Shown: one piece after another, positions 38,233 to 47,858 of the stretch
Layout: the number at the start of each line of letters is the position of its first letter
Position numbering within the stretch: position 1 is the stretch's first letter
DNA from: Ilumatobacteraceae bacterium
GTDB taxonomy: Bacteria > Actinomycetota > Acidimicrobiia > Acidimicrobiales > Ilumatobacteraceae
Direction of reading: 5' to 3'
Length of the DNA stretch: 64,000 nucleotides
NCBI GenBank assembly: GCA_044358015.1
Contig: JBIKOO010000003.1
Location: 14,104 to 78,103 of the forward strand
Translations under genes and position numbers: made by a program
Notes under the pieces: model-generated
Told to the model about the DNA's origin: nothing
The model's input: the letters and a program-made list of their open reading frames with translations, nothing else
The model's database searches: none

Positions 38233-38600
38233 TTGCGCCAACTCAATCAACTCACAACCAAAGTTTTGGTGCGTGGGGAGAAGAACTCGTTGCCGAGTGG
38301 TATCGCGATCATGGCTACCAGATCGTCGCGCGAAACTGGCGTTGTCGGCAAGGTGAAATTGACATCATTGCCAGTCGCGAATCGGCTTTAGTGATTTGCG
38401 AAGTGAAGACGCGAGCGAATGCCGATTTTGGGTCGCCGGCTCTAGCGGTTGACGTGAATAAGCAACAACGGTTGCGGCGGTTGGCCGCTCACTGGCTCAG
38501 CGAAAATCCGCTGCCCCGGGCAAATATTCGTTTTGATGTGGCTGCGGTAATCGGACCCAAAGAAACTGTGTTGCTCGAGGTCATCGAGGCCGCCTTTTAA
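38112..38600 (+). CDS. yraN: YraN family (UPF0102) endonuclease-like protein; start codon unresolved
   Basis: GAWGEELVAEWYRDHGYQIVARNWRCRQGEIDIIA...VICEVKTR is the UPF0102 core. The only in-frame ATG, GTG or TTG upstream of the core are at 38112 and 38118, which are 115-121 nt inside DUF2469. Confidence 0.65.
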   Translation: MGMGHVPQEPIRSEGSNFQFQRRERRGTPARRLDRSRQGLVAPTQSTHNQSFGAWGEELVAEWYRDHGYQIVARNWRCRQGEIDIIASRESALVICEVKTRANADFGSPALAVDVNKQQRLRRLAAHWLSENPLPRANIRFDVAAVIGPKETVLLEVIEAAF

Positions 38601-38860
38601 CTATGAGTCTTTACTTCACGGTCCCAGCATGCGTAATGCCAGTGTCGACGTAGATCGGGAGCGTCGTGAGGCACTGCGACGTTGTGCCCCATGCCCGCAG
38701 GAATCTCTTGATGACATCCTGGGCAAATATAGGTTTTGAGGGCCTGATAGGGCTGAATACGGCGTACTTCGACCGCTCCGTACAAACCTGACCAGATGCC
38801 GGGTGGTTTCTTGCCCGTTTTGGGGCTCGGCTTCTTGGCTGGTTTTTTACTGGTAGCCAT
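38597..38860 (-). CDS. Small basic zinc-binding protein (CxxC ... H/C cluster), unknown function
   Basis: MATSKKPAKKPSPKTGKKPP... then YICPGCHQEIPAGMGHNVAVPHD...RRHWHYACW. 87 aa. Confidence 0.55.
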   Translation of the reverse strand: MATSKKPAKKPSPKTGKKPPGIWSGLYGAVEVRRIQPYQALKTYICPGCHQEIPAGMGHNVAVPHDAPDLRRHWHYACWDREVKTHS

Positions 38861-38875
38861 GGGTTGGTCGGTCCG

Positions 38876-38986
38876 TCAGCCGGTGAAGGCCCAGGCCACC
38901 AAAGCAACCACTGCGATAGCTGCGGCGACGACAAAGACATAGTCAGCGCGACGAGCCCGAAATTTCCGATAAGGGTTGAATCCCAT
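38876..38986 (-). CDS. Possible 36-aa single-TM micro-protein
   Basis: Below the ORF-track cutoff. MGFNPYRKFRARRADYVFVVAAAIAVVALVAWAFTG. It ends 15 nt upstream of the zinc-protein start. Its ATG shares a CATG with the divergent crotonase ATG. It could be spurious. Confidence 0.3.
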   Translation of the reverse strand: MGFNPYRKFRARRADYVFVVAAAIAVVALVAWAFTG

Positions 38987-39824
38987 GTCACTCATTATCG
39001 TTCAAGATGTGAGCACAACCTCGGATACACAGAACAAGAACTATGAAACTCTCTTAGTTGAGCGCAACGGTGGAGTTGTCACCATTACGTTCAATCGCCC
39101 TAAGCGTAAGAATGCCGTCAATGGCGTGATGTGGATTGAGCTACTTGAACTGCTGACCGAGATTCAGCACACATCATCTGATCGGGTGGTCGTTCTCACG
39201 GGAGCAAATGATGAGTTCTGTAGCGGTGCAGACTTAGTTGCGATGGGTGACGGCAGTGGCCGAGCCCACAGCCACTCGTACTACTCAATGCGCGAAGTCA
39301 CGGGTGTCATCATGGCTCTGTCACGTTTGCCGCAACCCACGATTGCCAAAGTGCGTGGAGTTGCAGTAGGTGTTGGTTGCAACATGGCCCTTGGTTGTGA
39401 CTTAGTTGTCGCTTCAGAAACCGCACGTTTTTCGCAGATCTTTTCAAAGCGCGGTATGTCGCTTGACGGTGGTGGCTCCTGGTTGTTGCCCCGCCGAGTC
39501 GGTTTGCATCGAGCTAAAGAAATGGCCTTTTTCGCCGACATCATTGATGCCGCTGAAGCCGACCGAATTGGACTCGTAAATCGTGTTGTGCCCGATGCTC
39601 AATTAGATGCTTTCGTTGCCGAATGGACCGATCGCTTGATTGCGTTGCCGCCGATTGCGTTGGCTCAATCGAAGCGCATGCTGAACAACTCAATGAACGT
39701 CACTCTTGAAGAAGCCCTTGATGACGAAGGCGTTGCGCAAACAGTCAACTTCGGAACCAAAGACACTCCCGAAGCCATTGCTGCTTGGATGGAAAAGCGC
39801 AACCCGGTCTTCAAAGGTCGCTGA
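38985..39824 (+). CDS. Enoyl-CoA hydratase/isomerase (crotonase) family protein
   Basis: VVTITFNRPKRKNAVNG...VLTGANDEFCSGADL...AKVRGVAVGVGCNMALGCDL. An alternative TTG start lies at 38976. Confidence 0.85.
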   Translation: MSLIIVQDVSTTSDTQNKNYETLLVERNGGVVTITFNRPKRKNAVNGVMWIELLELLTEIQHTSSDRVVVLTGANDEFCSGADLVAMGDGSGRAHSHSYYSMREVTGVIMALSRLPQPTIAKVRGVAVGVGCNMALGCDLVVASETARFSQIFSKRGMSLDGGGSWLLPRRVGLHRAKEMAFFADIIDAAEADRIGLVNRVVPDAQLDAFVAEWTDRLIALPPIALAQSKRMLNNSMNVTLEEALDDEGVAQTVNFGTKDTPEAIAAWMEKRNPVFKGR

Positions 39825-39861
39825 CTCATTTACTGCTTGCCGATTCACTAGTTTGTAATCG

Positions 39862-40605
39862 GTGACTCAGCAAACAGCGCAACACTTGGTAGGCCGATGG
39901 GCATTGCGCGCATCGCTCGCCGTTTTCATCGTGGGTCTGTTGTTTGGTGGCGCTGGTTTCTCGACTGCTCATGCGTCGGTTCCGCCGACCACGATTCCAG
40001 TTGATGAACCAGTTGAAGGTGGGGGAGGTGTCGAAGTCCCGACCGATCAATCAACGACTGTTCCTGTGCCGACGAATACCGTGCCGGCAAGTTGCTTCAT
40101 TCCGACACCAGTTCAAGCAACCTTTGTCGGTCGCTTATCGGCTTCTGATCGTCGCACCGCGCGTTTTGATGTCGTGCAAATGCGCGGCGGTTCACTTGAG
40201 GGATACGCGGTCGCCAGTTTGGTTGACGTGCAATATGACGAAGATGTGCGTTTCCTCAACCTTGACCAGAGTTACATCGTCGCCGTTGGTATTGATCAAA
40301 CCTCGGGTGTGTTGTATTCAAAAATCCGTGATCCCGAACCGTTGTACGGCGGAAGCCAAGTGGTCGGATTGAATTCGGGAGTGAAGTGTCCTGAGGTCGA
40401 AGATGCGGTACGCACGTTGACGATGGACGCACGTTCAGTTGAAAGCGGAGTATTGGCGCCACTGAAAACTGCTAAAGGCAAACTTGCTCAGGCAATTCTT
40501 TTGCCGTTTTTGTGGGTGTTTGGTGGCCTATTTGGTCTGGCAACCATCCGTGCGTTCATCGTGATGGTCTACCGCACTGGCCAGCGGGCCTGGAGTGGTC
40601 AGTGA
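39862..40605 (+). CDS. Exported protein with N-terminal signal/anchor and C-terminal TM helix, unknown function
   Basis: GTG start. N-terminal LAVFIVGLLFGGAGFSTAHA and C-terminal AILLPFLWVFGGLFGLATIRAFIVMV. Confidence 0.55.
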   Translation: MTQQTAQHLVGRWALRASLAVFIVGLLFGGAGFSTAHASVPPTTIPVDEPVEGGGGVEVPTDQSTTVPVPTNTVPASCFIPTPVQATFVGRLSASDRRTARFDVVQMRGGSLEGYAVASLVDVQYDEDVRFLNLDQSYIVAVGIDQTSGVLYSKIRDPEPLYGGSQVVGLNSGVKCPEVEDAVRTLTMDARSVESGVLAPLKTAKGKLAQAILLPFLWVFGGLFGLATIRAFIVMVYRTGQRAWSGQ

Positions 40606-40656
40606 TATCGAGTGGTCAGTGATATCGAGTGGTCAGTGATTCAGGGTGGTCAGTAG
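40594..40656. repeat. 17-bp tandem repeat, about 3.7 copies (agtggtcagtgatatcg)
   Basis: agtggtcagtgatatcg / agtggtcagtgatatcg / agtggtcagtgattcag / ggtggtcagtag. The first copy contains the stop codon of the upstream gene. The array fills the whole spacer up to the rpe stop at 40657. Confidence 0.9.
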
Positions 40657-41331
40657 TTACTGTGCGGCGCGAGCAGCAGTAGCTTTCGCACGCAAGTCTT
40701 TGACTGCGAATTCAAGACCTTCGGTGTAACGGAACAAAGCGGTTCCAGCAATCAACACGTTGGCGCCGGCTGCGGCAGCGCCTTCAATTGTTGACGGACC
40801 AATACCACCATCAACTTCAATGTTGACTTGATCAGACAGTCCGCGACGTTCGATCAGTGCTTTGAGTTCCCGAATCTTGGGTTCCATTGATGCAATGTAC
40901 GACTGACCACCAAAACCAGGATTCACTGTCATCACCAACACCATGTCCACGAGGTCAAGTACATGTTCAATTTCGCTTATGGGCGTGTGCGGGTTTAGCG
41001 CCACTGCGGCGTTGGCGCCCATTGAATTGATATTGCCTAACGTGCGATGTAAATGCGGGCAGGCCTCAGCGTGAACGATGAGACGACTGCAACCCGCGTC
41101 GACATAGCGCTGAGCCAAAACGTCTGGTGTGAGGACCATGAGGTGCGCTTCAAAAGGCTTCTTGGTGTATTGGCGGGCTGACGCAATGACGTCGGGTCCA
41201 AAGGTGAGGTTGGGGACGAACTGACCGTCCATGACGTCCCACTGGAAGAGGTCAACGCCCGCGGCATCAAGTGCCTCAACTTCGGCGCCAAGCTTTGAGA
41301 AGTCGCAGGGCAAGACTGAGGGGGAGATCAT
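40657..41331 (-). CDS. rpe: Ribulose-phosphate 3-epimerase
   Basis: MISPSVLPCDFSKLGAEV...HLMV...MTVNPGFGGQ...VDGGI. An alternative GTG start lies at 41352. Confidence 0.92.
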   Translation of the reverse strand: MISPSVLPCDFSKLGAEVEALDAAGVDLFQWDVMDGQFVPNLTFGPDVIASARQYTKKPFEAHLMVLTPDVLAQRYVDAGCSRLIVHAEACPHLHRTLGNINSMGANAAVALNPHTPISEIEHVLDLVDMVLVMTVNPGFGGQSYIASMEPKIRELKALIERRGLSDQVNIEVDGGIGPSTIEGAAAAGANVLIAGTALFRYTEGLEFAVKDLRAKATAARAAQ

Positions 41332-41381
41332 GATCGGTAAGGACACGTCCACACGCTAGTCGGCTCTAGCCTGCGAGGGGT

Positions 41382-42623
41382 ATGACGAAGCGACCGATCC
41401 GTAAATCTGGCTCGCGGCCGTTACCCAATTTCGAAGTTCAAGTGCGTATCGAAAAGGTGGTCGCTGAGGGTGATGGCTTCGGTCATCTGCAGGACGGGCG
41501 AGTCATCTTTGTTGAAGGCGGTTTGCCGGGCGAACTCGTAGTTGCCAAAGTGTTGAAGCAATCAAAGGATTACGCCCGCGGCGTCGTGACCGAGGTACTT
41601 GAGGCGAGTGAACAACGCGTTGGGCCGCCATGTGAATATGTGGCGCAAGGTTGTGGTGGCTGCGATTTGCAACATGCATCAGTGGCCCTGCAACGACAGA
41701 TCAAGTTTGACATCGTGCACGAGTCACTTGTCCGGCTTGGCAAAATTGTTGATCCCGACGTTCGGCTCTATGAATCTGCAGAGTTGCCAGTGGTCGCGGC
41801 CCGCACCACGTTGCGCGTGGCCAGTGCTTCTCAAGGAGTCGGGTTCCGTCAGCGCCGCAGTCACGATGTCGTACCCATCGAGCGTTGTCTCGTTGCGCAT
41901 CCATCGTTGAATGAATTGTTGCCAACGATGCGCCTTGACGGAGCTGAAGAGTGTGTCGTGCGGGTTGGTGTCGCGAGCGGTGAACGAATGGCCTGGGCTG
42001 AACCGGCTGATTCGGTGAGTGGACTGCCAGTCAATGTTGGTCTTAATTCTGATGCGTTGGTGCATGAATCAATTTCGGGCCAAACGTTTCAGATTTCGGC
42101 GTCGTCATTTTTTCAATCGTCTCCGCAAGCAGCATCGGCTTTGGTTGAAGCAACTCGACGTGCGCTGGGTGATGTCAATTCATGGGGAGACGGCCCACTG
42201 GTTGATGCGTATTGCGGAGTCGGCCTCTTCGCGACCACAGTTTTCCCTGCAGATCGGCACGTGATTGCGATCGAATCCAATCCGTCGGCGTGCGCAGATG
42301 CGCGAGTGAACGTTGCGGGTCGTGATATCGAAATTGTGCAGGCGCCAGTCGAAGAATGGCAGTCAGTCGAAGCCGCTGTTGTCGTAGCAGACCCAGCTCG
42401 AGATGGCCTGCGGGCTGGTGGAGTGCAAGTACTCACCGCAACCAAAGCGTCGGTGATTGTTCTTATATCGTGTGATCCCGCGTCGCTTGGTCGAGACGCG
42501 CGATTGCTCAATGACCAGCATTATCGCTTGGAATACAGCGAGGTTCTTGATCTCTTTCCGCACACGCACCATGTTGAAGTTGTGAGTCGATTTGTTCGAG
42601 ATGAAAGTATGGAACCTCTATGA
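41382..42623 (+). CDS. Class I SAM-dependent RNA (uracil-5) methyltransferase, TrmA/RlmD family, with TRAM domain
   Basis: N-terminal TRAM-like OB (VRIEKVVAEGDGFGHL...GELVVAKV), a Cys cluster (CEYVAQGCGGCDLQH), DAYCGVGLF, and a C-terminal SCDP...LDLFPHTHHVE. Confidence 0.85.
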   Translation: MTKRPIRKSGSRPLPNFEVQVRIEKVVAEGDGFGHLQDGRVIFVEGGLPGELVVAKVLKQSKDYARGVVTEVLEASEQRVGPPCEYVAQGCGGCDLQHASVALQRQIKFDIVHESLVRLGKIVDPDVRLYESAELPVVAARTTLRVASASQGVGFRQRRSHDVVPIERCLVAHPSLNELLPTMRLDGAEECVVRVGVASGERMAWAEPADSVSGLPVNVGLNSDALVHESISGQTFQISASSFFQSSPQAASALVEATRRALGDVNSWGDGPLVDAYCGVGLFATTVFPADRHVIAIESNPSACADARVNVAGRDIEIVQAPVEEWQSVEAAVVVADPARDGLRAGGVQVLTATKASVIVLISCDPASLGRDARLLNDQHYRLEYSEVLDLFPHTHHVEVVSRFVRDESMEPL

Positions 42624-43519
42624 AGCCCGTGTTATCTGCCGAAGTCGCTGCAGCAATAGCTGATGGTCGTCCAATCGTTGCGATGGAATCTACGATCTAT
42701 TCGCACCTTGGTTTGCCATCGCCGGCAAACCGCGAAGCTCTTGATCGTTGTAGCGCAGCCATTCGCAGCGGAGGTTGCGTTCCTGCGGTCACGGCAATTC
42801 TTGATGGCGTCGTGCGACTTGGTCTCTCTGAAGCCGAACACGAACGCATTCTTGGTCCCGCTCGCAAAGTTGCAGAACGCGATATCGCGGTAGCAGTTGC
42901 TCAGAAATGGGATTTCGGTGCAACAACTGTTTCGGCGGCAGTGTCAATCGCTGCAGCCGGGGGAGTCAGTGTTTTTGCAACTGGTGGCATTGGTGGTGTG
43001 CATCGCGGTGCCGAACTCACTGGCGATATCTCGGCCGATCTTGATGCGATTGCGTCCTATCCCGTCGTGACCGTCTCGGCGGGAGCGAAAGCATTTCTCG
43101 ATTTGCCTCGAACGCTTGAGTATTTCGAAACCATCGGTGTGCCGGTCATCGGTTGGAAACATGAATGGTTTCCAGCGTTCTACACGCGTTCGTCGGGCTT
43201 AAAAGTTCCACACCAAGTGCAATCGGCTTCTGAAGTTGCCGACATTTTGTTGCATCGTTCGCGAGCAAACACAGGAGTTTTATTGACAGTTCCGATTCCG
43301 GTTGAAGCCGAACTTGATGCAACACAACTTGATTCGGTGTTGGTACAAGCGTTAATTGATTGCGAGGCTGCCGGAATTCGTGGAGCGGCAGTGACGCCAT
43401 TTGTGCTTGGTCGAATTGGACAAGCCACGCAAGGACGAAGTGTTCCGGCAAATCTGGCGTTGGCAGAAAACAACGCACGAGTTGCGGCCGAAGTCGCCGT
43501 CGCCATTGCCGAAAAATAG
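42620..43519 (+). CDS. psuG: Pseudouridine-5'-phosphate glycosidase
   Basis: VAMESTIYSHGLP-like (ESTIYSHLGLPSP), TGGIGGVHRG and the IndA/PsuG family length (299 aa). Confidence 0.88.
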   Translation: MKPVLSAEVAAAIADGRPIVAMESTIYSHLGLPSPANREALDRCSAAIRSGGCVPAVTAILDGVVRLGLSEAEHERILGPARKVAERDIAVAVAQKWDFGATTVSAAVSIAAAGGVSVFATGGIGGVHRGAELTGDISADLDAIASYPVVTVSAGAKAFLDLPRTLEYFETIGVPVIGWKHEWFPAFYTRSSGLKVPHQVQSASEVADILLHRSRANTGVLLTVPIPVEAELDATQLDSVLVQALIDCEAAGIRGAAVTPFVLGRIGQATQGRSVPANLALAENNARVAAEVAVAIAEK

Positions 43520-43526
43520 TTGCGAG

Positions 43527-44117
43527 TTAGATCTTTCGCATAGTTCGTTCAACGCGTTGCAGGAACTTGTCGCGTTTTGCGATTGTTGACGAATCAATGT
43601 TGAACAATCGAAGCCACGTTGTTTGACAACGTCGATGACAAATAGCGCGCAACGAACGCGTCACGATCTTGCTTCCGTTGTCTCGAACAACGAGTGAAGC
43701 CAAACGTGGTCCACCGAATGTTGTGATCCCTATCAGCCGTCGCACGTTGGTGAGTCCGGGCTGCAACTTCAGTGTTTGCGGGTCAACTGAAAACGCAATT
43801 CCCGGCAACATGGTTCGGTCAATCCAACCTTTCAATATCGCCGGCATCGAACTCCACCACGTCGGGTACACGAAGACAATCGTTGAACATTCTTGAATGA
43901 GGCGAGTGTGTTCAATCACCATGGGGTCAATCGCTGGCTCTGAAGTCGGGTAGGCCGCTAATTCGGTCCGAGTCAGAGCGGGGGAATAGTCGAGGCCGTA
44001 GAGGTCGATCACTGACACAGCATGGTCTCGGTTGGCGAGAGTGGAGGCCAACCGATCAACGATGGCATGACTGAAAGAGTCGGGGTTGGGTTGGGCGAGG
44101 ACAACGAGAACCTTCAT
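43527..44117 (-). CDS. Flavodoxin-like fold NAD(P)H dehydrogenase (quinone) family protein
   Basis: MKVLVVLAQPNPDSFSHAIVDRL...IVFVYPTWWSSMPAILKGWIDR. The ATG at 44117 is used; the upstream GTG of the track ORF overlaps tRNA-Lys. Confidence 0.8.
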   Translation of the reverse strand: MKVLVVLAQPNPDSFSHAIVDRLASTLANRDHAVSVIDLYGLDYSPALTRTELAAYPTSEPAIDPMVIEHTRLIQECSTIVFVYPTWWSSMPAILKGWIDRTMLPGIAFSVDPQTLKLQPGLTNVRRLIGITTFGGPRLASLVVRDNGSKIVTRSLRAICHRRCQTTWLRLFNIDSSTIAKRDKFLQRVERTMRKI

Positions 44118-44166
44118 GGCTTGTCCTCCCAGGAGTAGGGGGTGAATCCCTGAAATGAGCAAACAG

Positions 44167-44241
44167 TGGTGCACCCCCTGGGATTCGAACCCAGAACCAA
44201 TGGATTAAGAGTCCACTGCTCTGCCATTGAGCTAGAGGTGC
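44167..44241 (-). tRNA. tRNA-Lys (anticodon CTT), CCA encoded
   Basis: Reverse complement: GCACCTC-TA-GCTCAATGGCAGAGC-A-GTGGA-CTCTTAA-TCCAT-TGGTT-CTGGG-TTCGAAT-CCCAG-GGGGTGC-A-CCA. This is a full cloverleaf. Confidence 0.93.
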
Positions 44242-44332
44242 GCAACGCGAAGAAGCAGTGTAGATCAGCCAACACAGCGGTCGGGGTATCTGACCGGTCT
44301 TTGGACTGGCTAACCAGCGACTTCGTATGTTT

Positions 44333-44409
44333 TGGGTGAACGAGGGGTCTCGAACCCCCGGCCTTCAGTACCACAAACTGACGCTCTAACCAACTGAGCT
44401 ACGCCCACC
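44333..44409 (-). tRNA. tRNA-His (anticodon GTG) with the extra 5' G(-1), CCA encoded
   Basis: Reverse complement: G-GTGGGCG-TA-GCTCAGTTGGTTAGAGC-G-TCAGT-TTGTGGT-ACTGA-AGGCC-GGGGG-TTCGAGA-CCCCT-CGTTCAC-C-CCA. Confidence 0.93.
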
Positions 44410-44535
44410 ATGTGACCCGTCTATTCTGCCATATCGAACACGGAATCGCACCGTTCATTCGCCCGAAACTCTCTTGTTACGCCCTGTCCATTTTTGGTGT
44501 TAAGGTGTTCTCAACCGTAAAAGGGGTGTTTAACC

Positions 44536-45915
44536 GTGTCCTCCACGGAATCTGCAGTCACCAATGCTCACAGTCTTAGCTGGAGAGCGAAGGAAATCAC
44601 TCGACGTGAGATCGCGCTGTACGCACAGCGAACTCAAGGCTCGCAAAAAGCAACTGAGCGAGCCCGACTTGTCATGCCACTCGGAGTGCCATCAAGTTTT
44701 CAGGCCTACGATCCGCATCCGATAGTCGTCAAGGCCGCACGTGGTGCCTCGATGTGGGATGTTGACGACAACGAATACGTCGATTACGACATGGGCTTTG
44801 GTGCGCTCTTTAGCGGCCACATCAACCCAGTTGTACGACGCGCCGTTGACGAGCAGCTCGACAACGGCACATTGTTCGTGACGCCATGTGAACTCAATGC
44901 CGACGTCGCCGAACTGTTGGGCGAACGTTATGGGTTGCCAATGTGGCGCTTCACCAACTCGGGAACCGAAGCAACGATGGACGCCATTCGTGTCGCCCGT
45001 GGTGCAACGGGTCGCGAAAAGATTGTCAAGGTTGAAGGTGGCTATCACGGTCACCACGATGAAGTGATGATCTCGATGAAGCCGTCACTCGATGTGGCTG
45101 GTCCGGCCGATCGACCGAACTCAGTGCCGGCAACTGCTGGCGTGACGCGTGCAGTTCTTGGTGACACCATCGTGATTCCGTATAACGATGCCGAAGCGCT
45201 TGAGCGAGTCTTGCGCAACGAAGATGTTGCCTGTTTCATCGTTGAACCCGTGATGGAGAACATCGGTATTTGTTTGCCCGATGACGGTTATCTGCAAGCA
45301 GTTCGCGAAATCACTTCTCGCTACGGAACGTTGTTGATTTTTGATGAAGTGAAGACCGGAATTACTGCCGGTTGGGGCGGGGCGACAGGTGCGCTTGGCG
45401 TCATGCCAGACTTGGTTGCTCTCGCTAAATCGATCGGTGGTGGCTTGCCACTTGGCGCCTTCGGTGGCAAGCGCGAATACATGGATCAAATCACCATGGG
45501 TCGCGTGGTTCACCTTGGTACATACAACGGCAACCCGTTATGTATGGCCGCAGCAAAAGCAGTGTTGTCAGAGGTCTGTACTCCGCAAGCAACAACTGCA
45601 GCTATTGGTCGAAACAAGATGTTGGTTGATGCCTGTACCGACATCATTGAAGACGCCGGATTGCCAGCGCACACGGTGCAGTTTGGTGCGAAAGGTTGCG
45701 TCACTTGGACACCCGAGCCGATTCGCAACTATCGCGATTACAAGAAGACCGATCTTGATATTGCATTTGCTCAATGGATTCATGGGATCAATCGCGGCAT
45801 CTTGTTGCCACCGGGTCTTGATGAACAGTGGTTGATCTCAATCATGCACACCGATGAGGAAGCATTGCGATACGCCAATGTTTTCGGTGATTTTGTTGCT
45901 GAACTAACTCAATGA
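44536..45915 (+). CDS. Class III (PLP-dependent) aminotransferase, glutamate-1-semialdehyde-aminomutase-like
   Basis: GALFSGH, NSGTEATMDAIRVARG, LLIFDEVKTG and the PLP lysine context LAKSIGGGLP. 459 aa. GTG start. Confidence 0.85.
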   Translation: MSSTESAVTNAHSLSWRAKEITRREIALYAQRTQGSQKATERARLVMPLGVPSSFQAYDPHPIVVKAARGASMWDVDDNEYVDYDMGFGALFSGHINPVVRRAVDEQLDNGTLFVTPCELNADVAELLGERYGLPMWRFTNSGTEATMDAIRVARGATGREKIVKVEGGYHGHHDEVMISMKPSLDVAGPADRPNSVPATAGVTRAVLGDTIVIPYNDAEALERVLRNEDVACFIVEPVMENIGICLPDDGYLQAVREITSRYGTLLIFDEVKTGITAGWGGATGALGVMPDLVALAKSIGGGLPLGAFGGKREYMDQITMGRVVHLGTYNGNPLCMAAAKAVLSEVCTPQATTAAIGRNKMLVDACTDIIEDAGLPAHTVQFGAKGCVTWTPEPIRNYRDYKKTDLDIAFAQWIHGINRGILLPPGLDEQWLISIMHTDEEALRYANVFGDFVAELTQ

Positions 45916-46340
45916 GTTTTCCTGTTCAGCCTTTGCCATCTAAGGGCAAAATGATTCGCCGTTCGTTGTTGCGTCATTGCCCACGTTGTGGAAACCATCG
46001 CGCATGGTTTACGAACTGGTTTAAACAAAGTGATCACTGCATCGGTTGCGGAATCAAGCGGACGCGCGACACCGATGGGCATGAGCTTGGGTCAATGACG
46101 ATTGCCTCAGTCGTGAACATCACTCTCATTGTGATTGCAATGGGCGTTGCGATTGCTCTCACCGCACCAGATGTGCCCGTGCTCACCCTGTACATCGTGC
46201 TGGCTTCGGCGGCACTCATTTTTCCGATATTGACATGGCCAATGACCCACACTTTGTGGATGGCCATTGACCTGATCGTGCGCCCGATGAGTCCTCACGA
46301 AGCCGCCGACGCTCAAACCTGGCTCGAAAACCAGTCGTAA
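45912..46340 (+). CDS. DUF983-like zinc-ribbon membrane protein
   Basis: CPRCG...CIGCG followed by two TM helices. There is a 4-nt overlap with the aminotransferase stop. Confidence 0.65.
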   Translation: MSFPVQPLPSKGKMIRRSLLRHCPRCGNHRAWFTNWFKQSDHCIGCGIKRTRDTDGHELGSMTIASVVNITLIVIAMGVAIALTAPDVPVLTLYIVLASAALIFPILTWPMTHTLWMAIDLIVRPMSPHEAADAQTWLENQS

Positions 46341-46411
46341 TCGAACTTTCTTGGGGTTCGGGCACCCCCTCTGAGCAGGTCAAACACCTGTTCGTATCGA
46401 CAATGCTTGAC

Positions 46412-46425
46412 CGAACACTCGTTCG
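46412..46425. promoter_or_regulatory. LexA operator (SOS/Cheo box) upstream of recA
   Basis: CGAACactcGTTCG matches the Gram-positive/actinobacterial CGAAC-N4-GTTCG consensus. It lies 79-136 nt upstream of the candidate recA starts. Confidence 0.75.
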
Positions 46426-46560
46426 TAGTTACGCTCTTGTCATTCGCCGCACACGGGTGCCCGCACAACTACTGTGCAACACCCATTTCGTACGGTCCAA
46501 GTTATGGCAAACAAACCAACACCCACAGCAACCAACAACTCAACAGCGAAAGGCAATGCA

Positions 46561-47604
46561 ATGAGCAACGATCGTGAAAAAGCCCTTGAAATGGCTCTAG
46601 CCCAAATCGACAAGCAGTATGGCAAAGGCTCCATCATGCGGATGGGTGACAAGACCGACATGGCTATCGAAGCCATCCCGACTGGTGCTTTGGCACTCGA
46701 CGTCGCACTCGGAATTGGCGGATTGCCCCGTGGTCGCGTGGTCGAGATCTACGGTCCCGAATCATCGGGTAAGTCAACCCTCGCTATGCATGTTGTGGCT
46801 GAGGCTCAGCGCAACGGCGGAATCTGCGCCTACATCGACGCCGAACACGCGATGGACCCGGTGTACGCACGAGCCATCGGTGTCGACATCGATCAGTTGT
46901 TGATCTCGCAGCCCGACACTGGTGAACAGGCTCTCGAAATCGCCGACATGCTGATTCGTTCGGGAGCACTTGACGTGGTCGTCATTGACTCCGTTGCCGC
47001 ATTGACGCCAAAGGCCGAAATCGAAGGCGATATGGGCGACAGCCATATGGGACTGCAGGCCCGTTTGATGAGCCAGGCGTTGCGTAAGTTGACCGCCAAC
47101 CTCAACAAGTCCAACACCATCGCCATCTTCATTAACCAGTTGCGCGAAAAGATTGGTGTGATGTTCGGTTCACCCGAAACCACCCCTGGTGGTCGAGCAC
47201 TCAAGTTCTACTCATCAGTTCGTCTCGACATTCGTCGTATTGAGTCGATCAAAGACGGCGCCGAAGTTGTCGGTAACCGCACCCGCGTCAAAGTGGTCAA
47301 GAACAAAGTGTCGCCGCCATTCCGTCAGGCCGAATTTGACATCATGTACGGCAAGGGCATTAGCCGCGAAGGTTCAGTACTCGACATGGCCGTCGACCTC
47401 AACATCATCAAGAAGTCCGGTGCTTGGTTCACCTATGACGGTGAGCAAATGGGTCAGGGTCGCGAGAACGCCAAGAACTTCCTCATGGAGAACACCGAGA
47501 TCATGGTCGAGGTCGCCGAAAAGGTGCGTATCGCTGCCGGTCTGGGCGATGCACCAGAAGTTGAGTTCACCGCAGCAGATGAAGAGCCGATCAATCTCGA
47601 CTGA
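46561..47604 (+). CDS. recA: Recombinase RecA
   Basis: [36 protein letters not shown] and the rest of the RecA core. An alternative upstream ATG at 46504 would add 19 aa. Confidence 0.95.
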   Translation: MSNDREKALEMALAQIDKQYGKGSIMRMGDKTDMAIEAIPTGALALDVALGIGGLPRGRVVEIYGPESSGKSTLAMHVVAEAQRNGGICAYIDAEHAMDPVYARAIGVDIDQLLISQPDTGEQALEIADMLIRSGALDVVVIDSVAALTPKAEIEGDMGDSHMGLQARLMSQALRKLTANLNKSNTIAIFINQLREKIGVMFGSPETTPGGRALKFYSSVRLDIRRIESIKDGAEVVGNRTRVKVVKNKVSPPFRQAEFDIMYGKGISREGSVLDMAVDLNIIKKSGAWFTYDGEQMGQGRENAKNFLMENTEIMVEVAEKVRIAAGLGDAPEVEFTAADEEPINLD

Positions 47605-47669
47605 GCCAGGCTTGATCGAGGGCTGACCATTGGGCATTGACCTCGTGGCTGATAACCTCGGAATCGCCT

Positions 47670-47742
47670 TCCGAGATAGCTCAGCTGGCAGAGCAGCTGA
47701 CTGTTAATCAGCGGGTCGCAGGTTCGAGCCCTGCTCTCGGAG
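47670..47742 (+). tRNA. tRNA-Asn (anticodon GTT)
   Basis: TCCGAGA-TA-GCTCAGCTGGCAGAGC-A-GCTGA-CTGTTAA-TCAGC-GGGTC-GCAGG-TTCGAGC-CCTGC-TCTCGGA-G. CCA is not encoded. Confidence 0.93.
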
Positions 47743-47750
47743 CACATAAC

Positions 47751-47784
47751 GCAGGGTCCGCCATCGGCGGGCCCTGCGCCTTTT
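47751..47784 (+). terminator. GC-rich hairpin plus T-tract between the two tRNA genes
   Basis: gcagggtccgcc-atc-ggcgggccctgc (12-bp stem with one G:U pair) followed by gccttttgggg. Confidence 0.5.
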
Positions 47785-47858
<74 letters not shown>

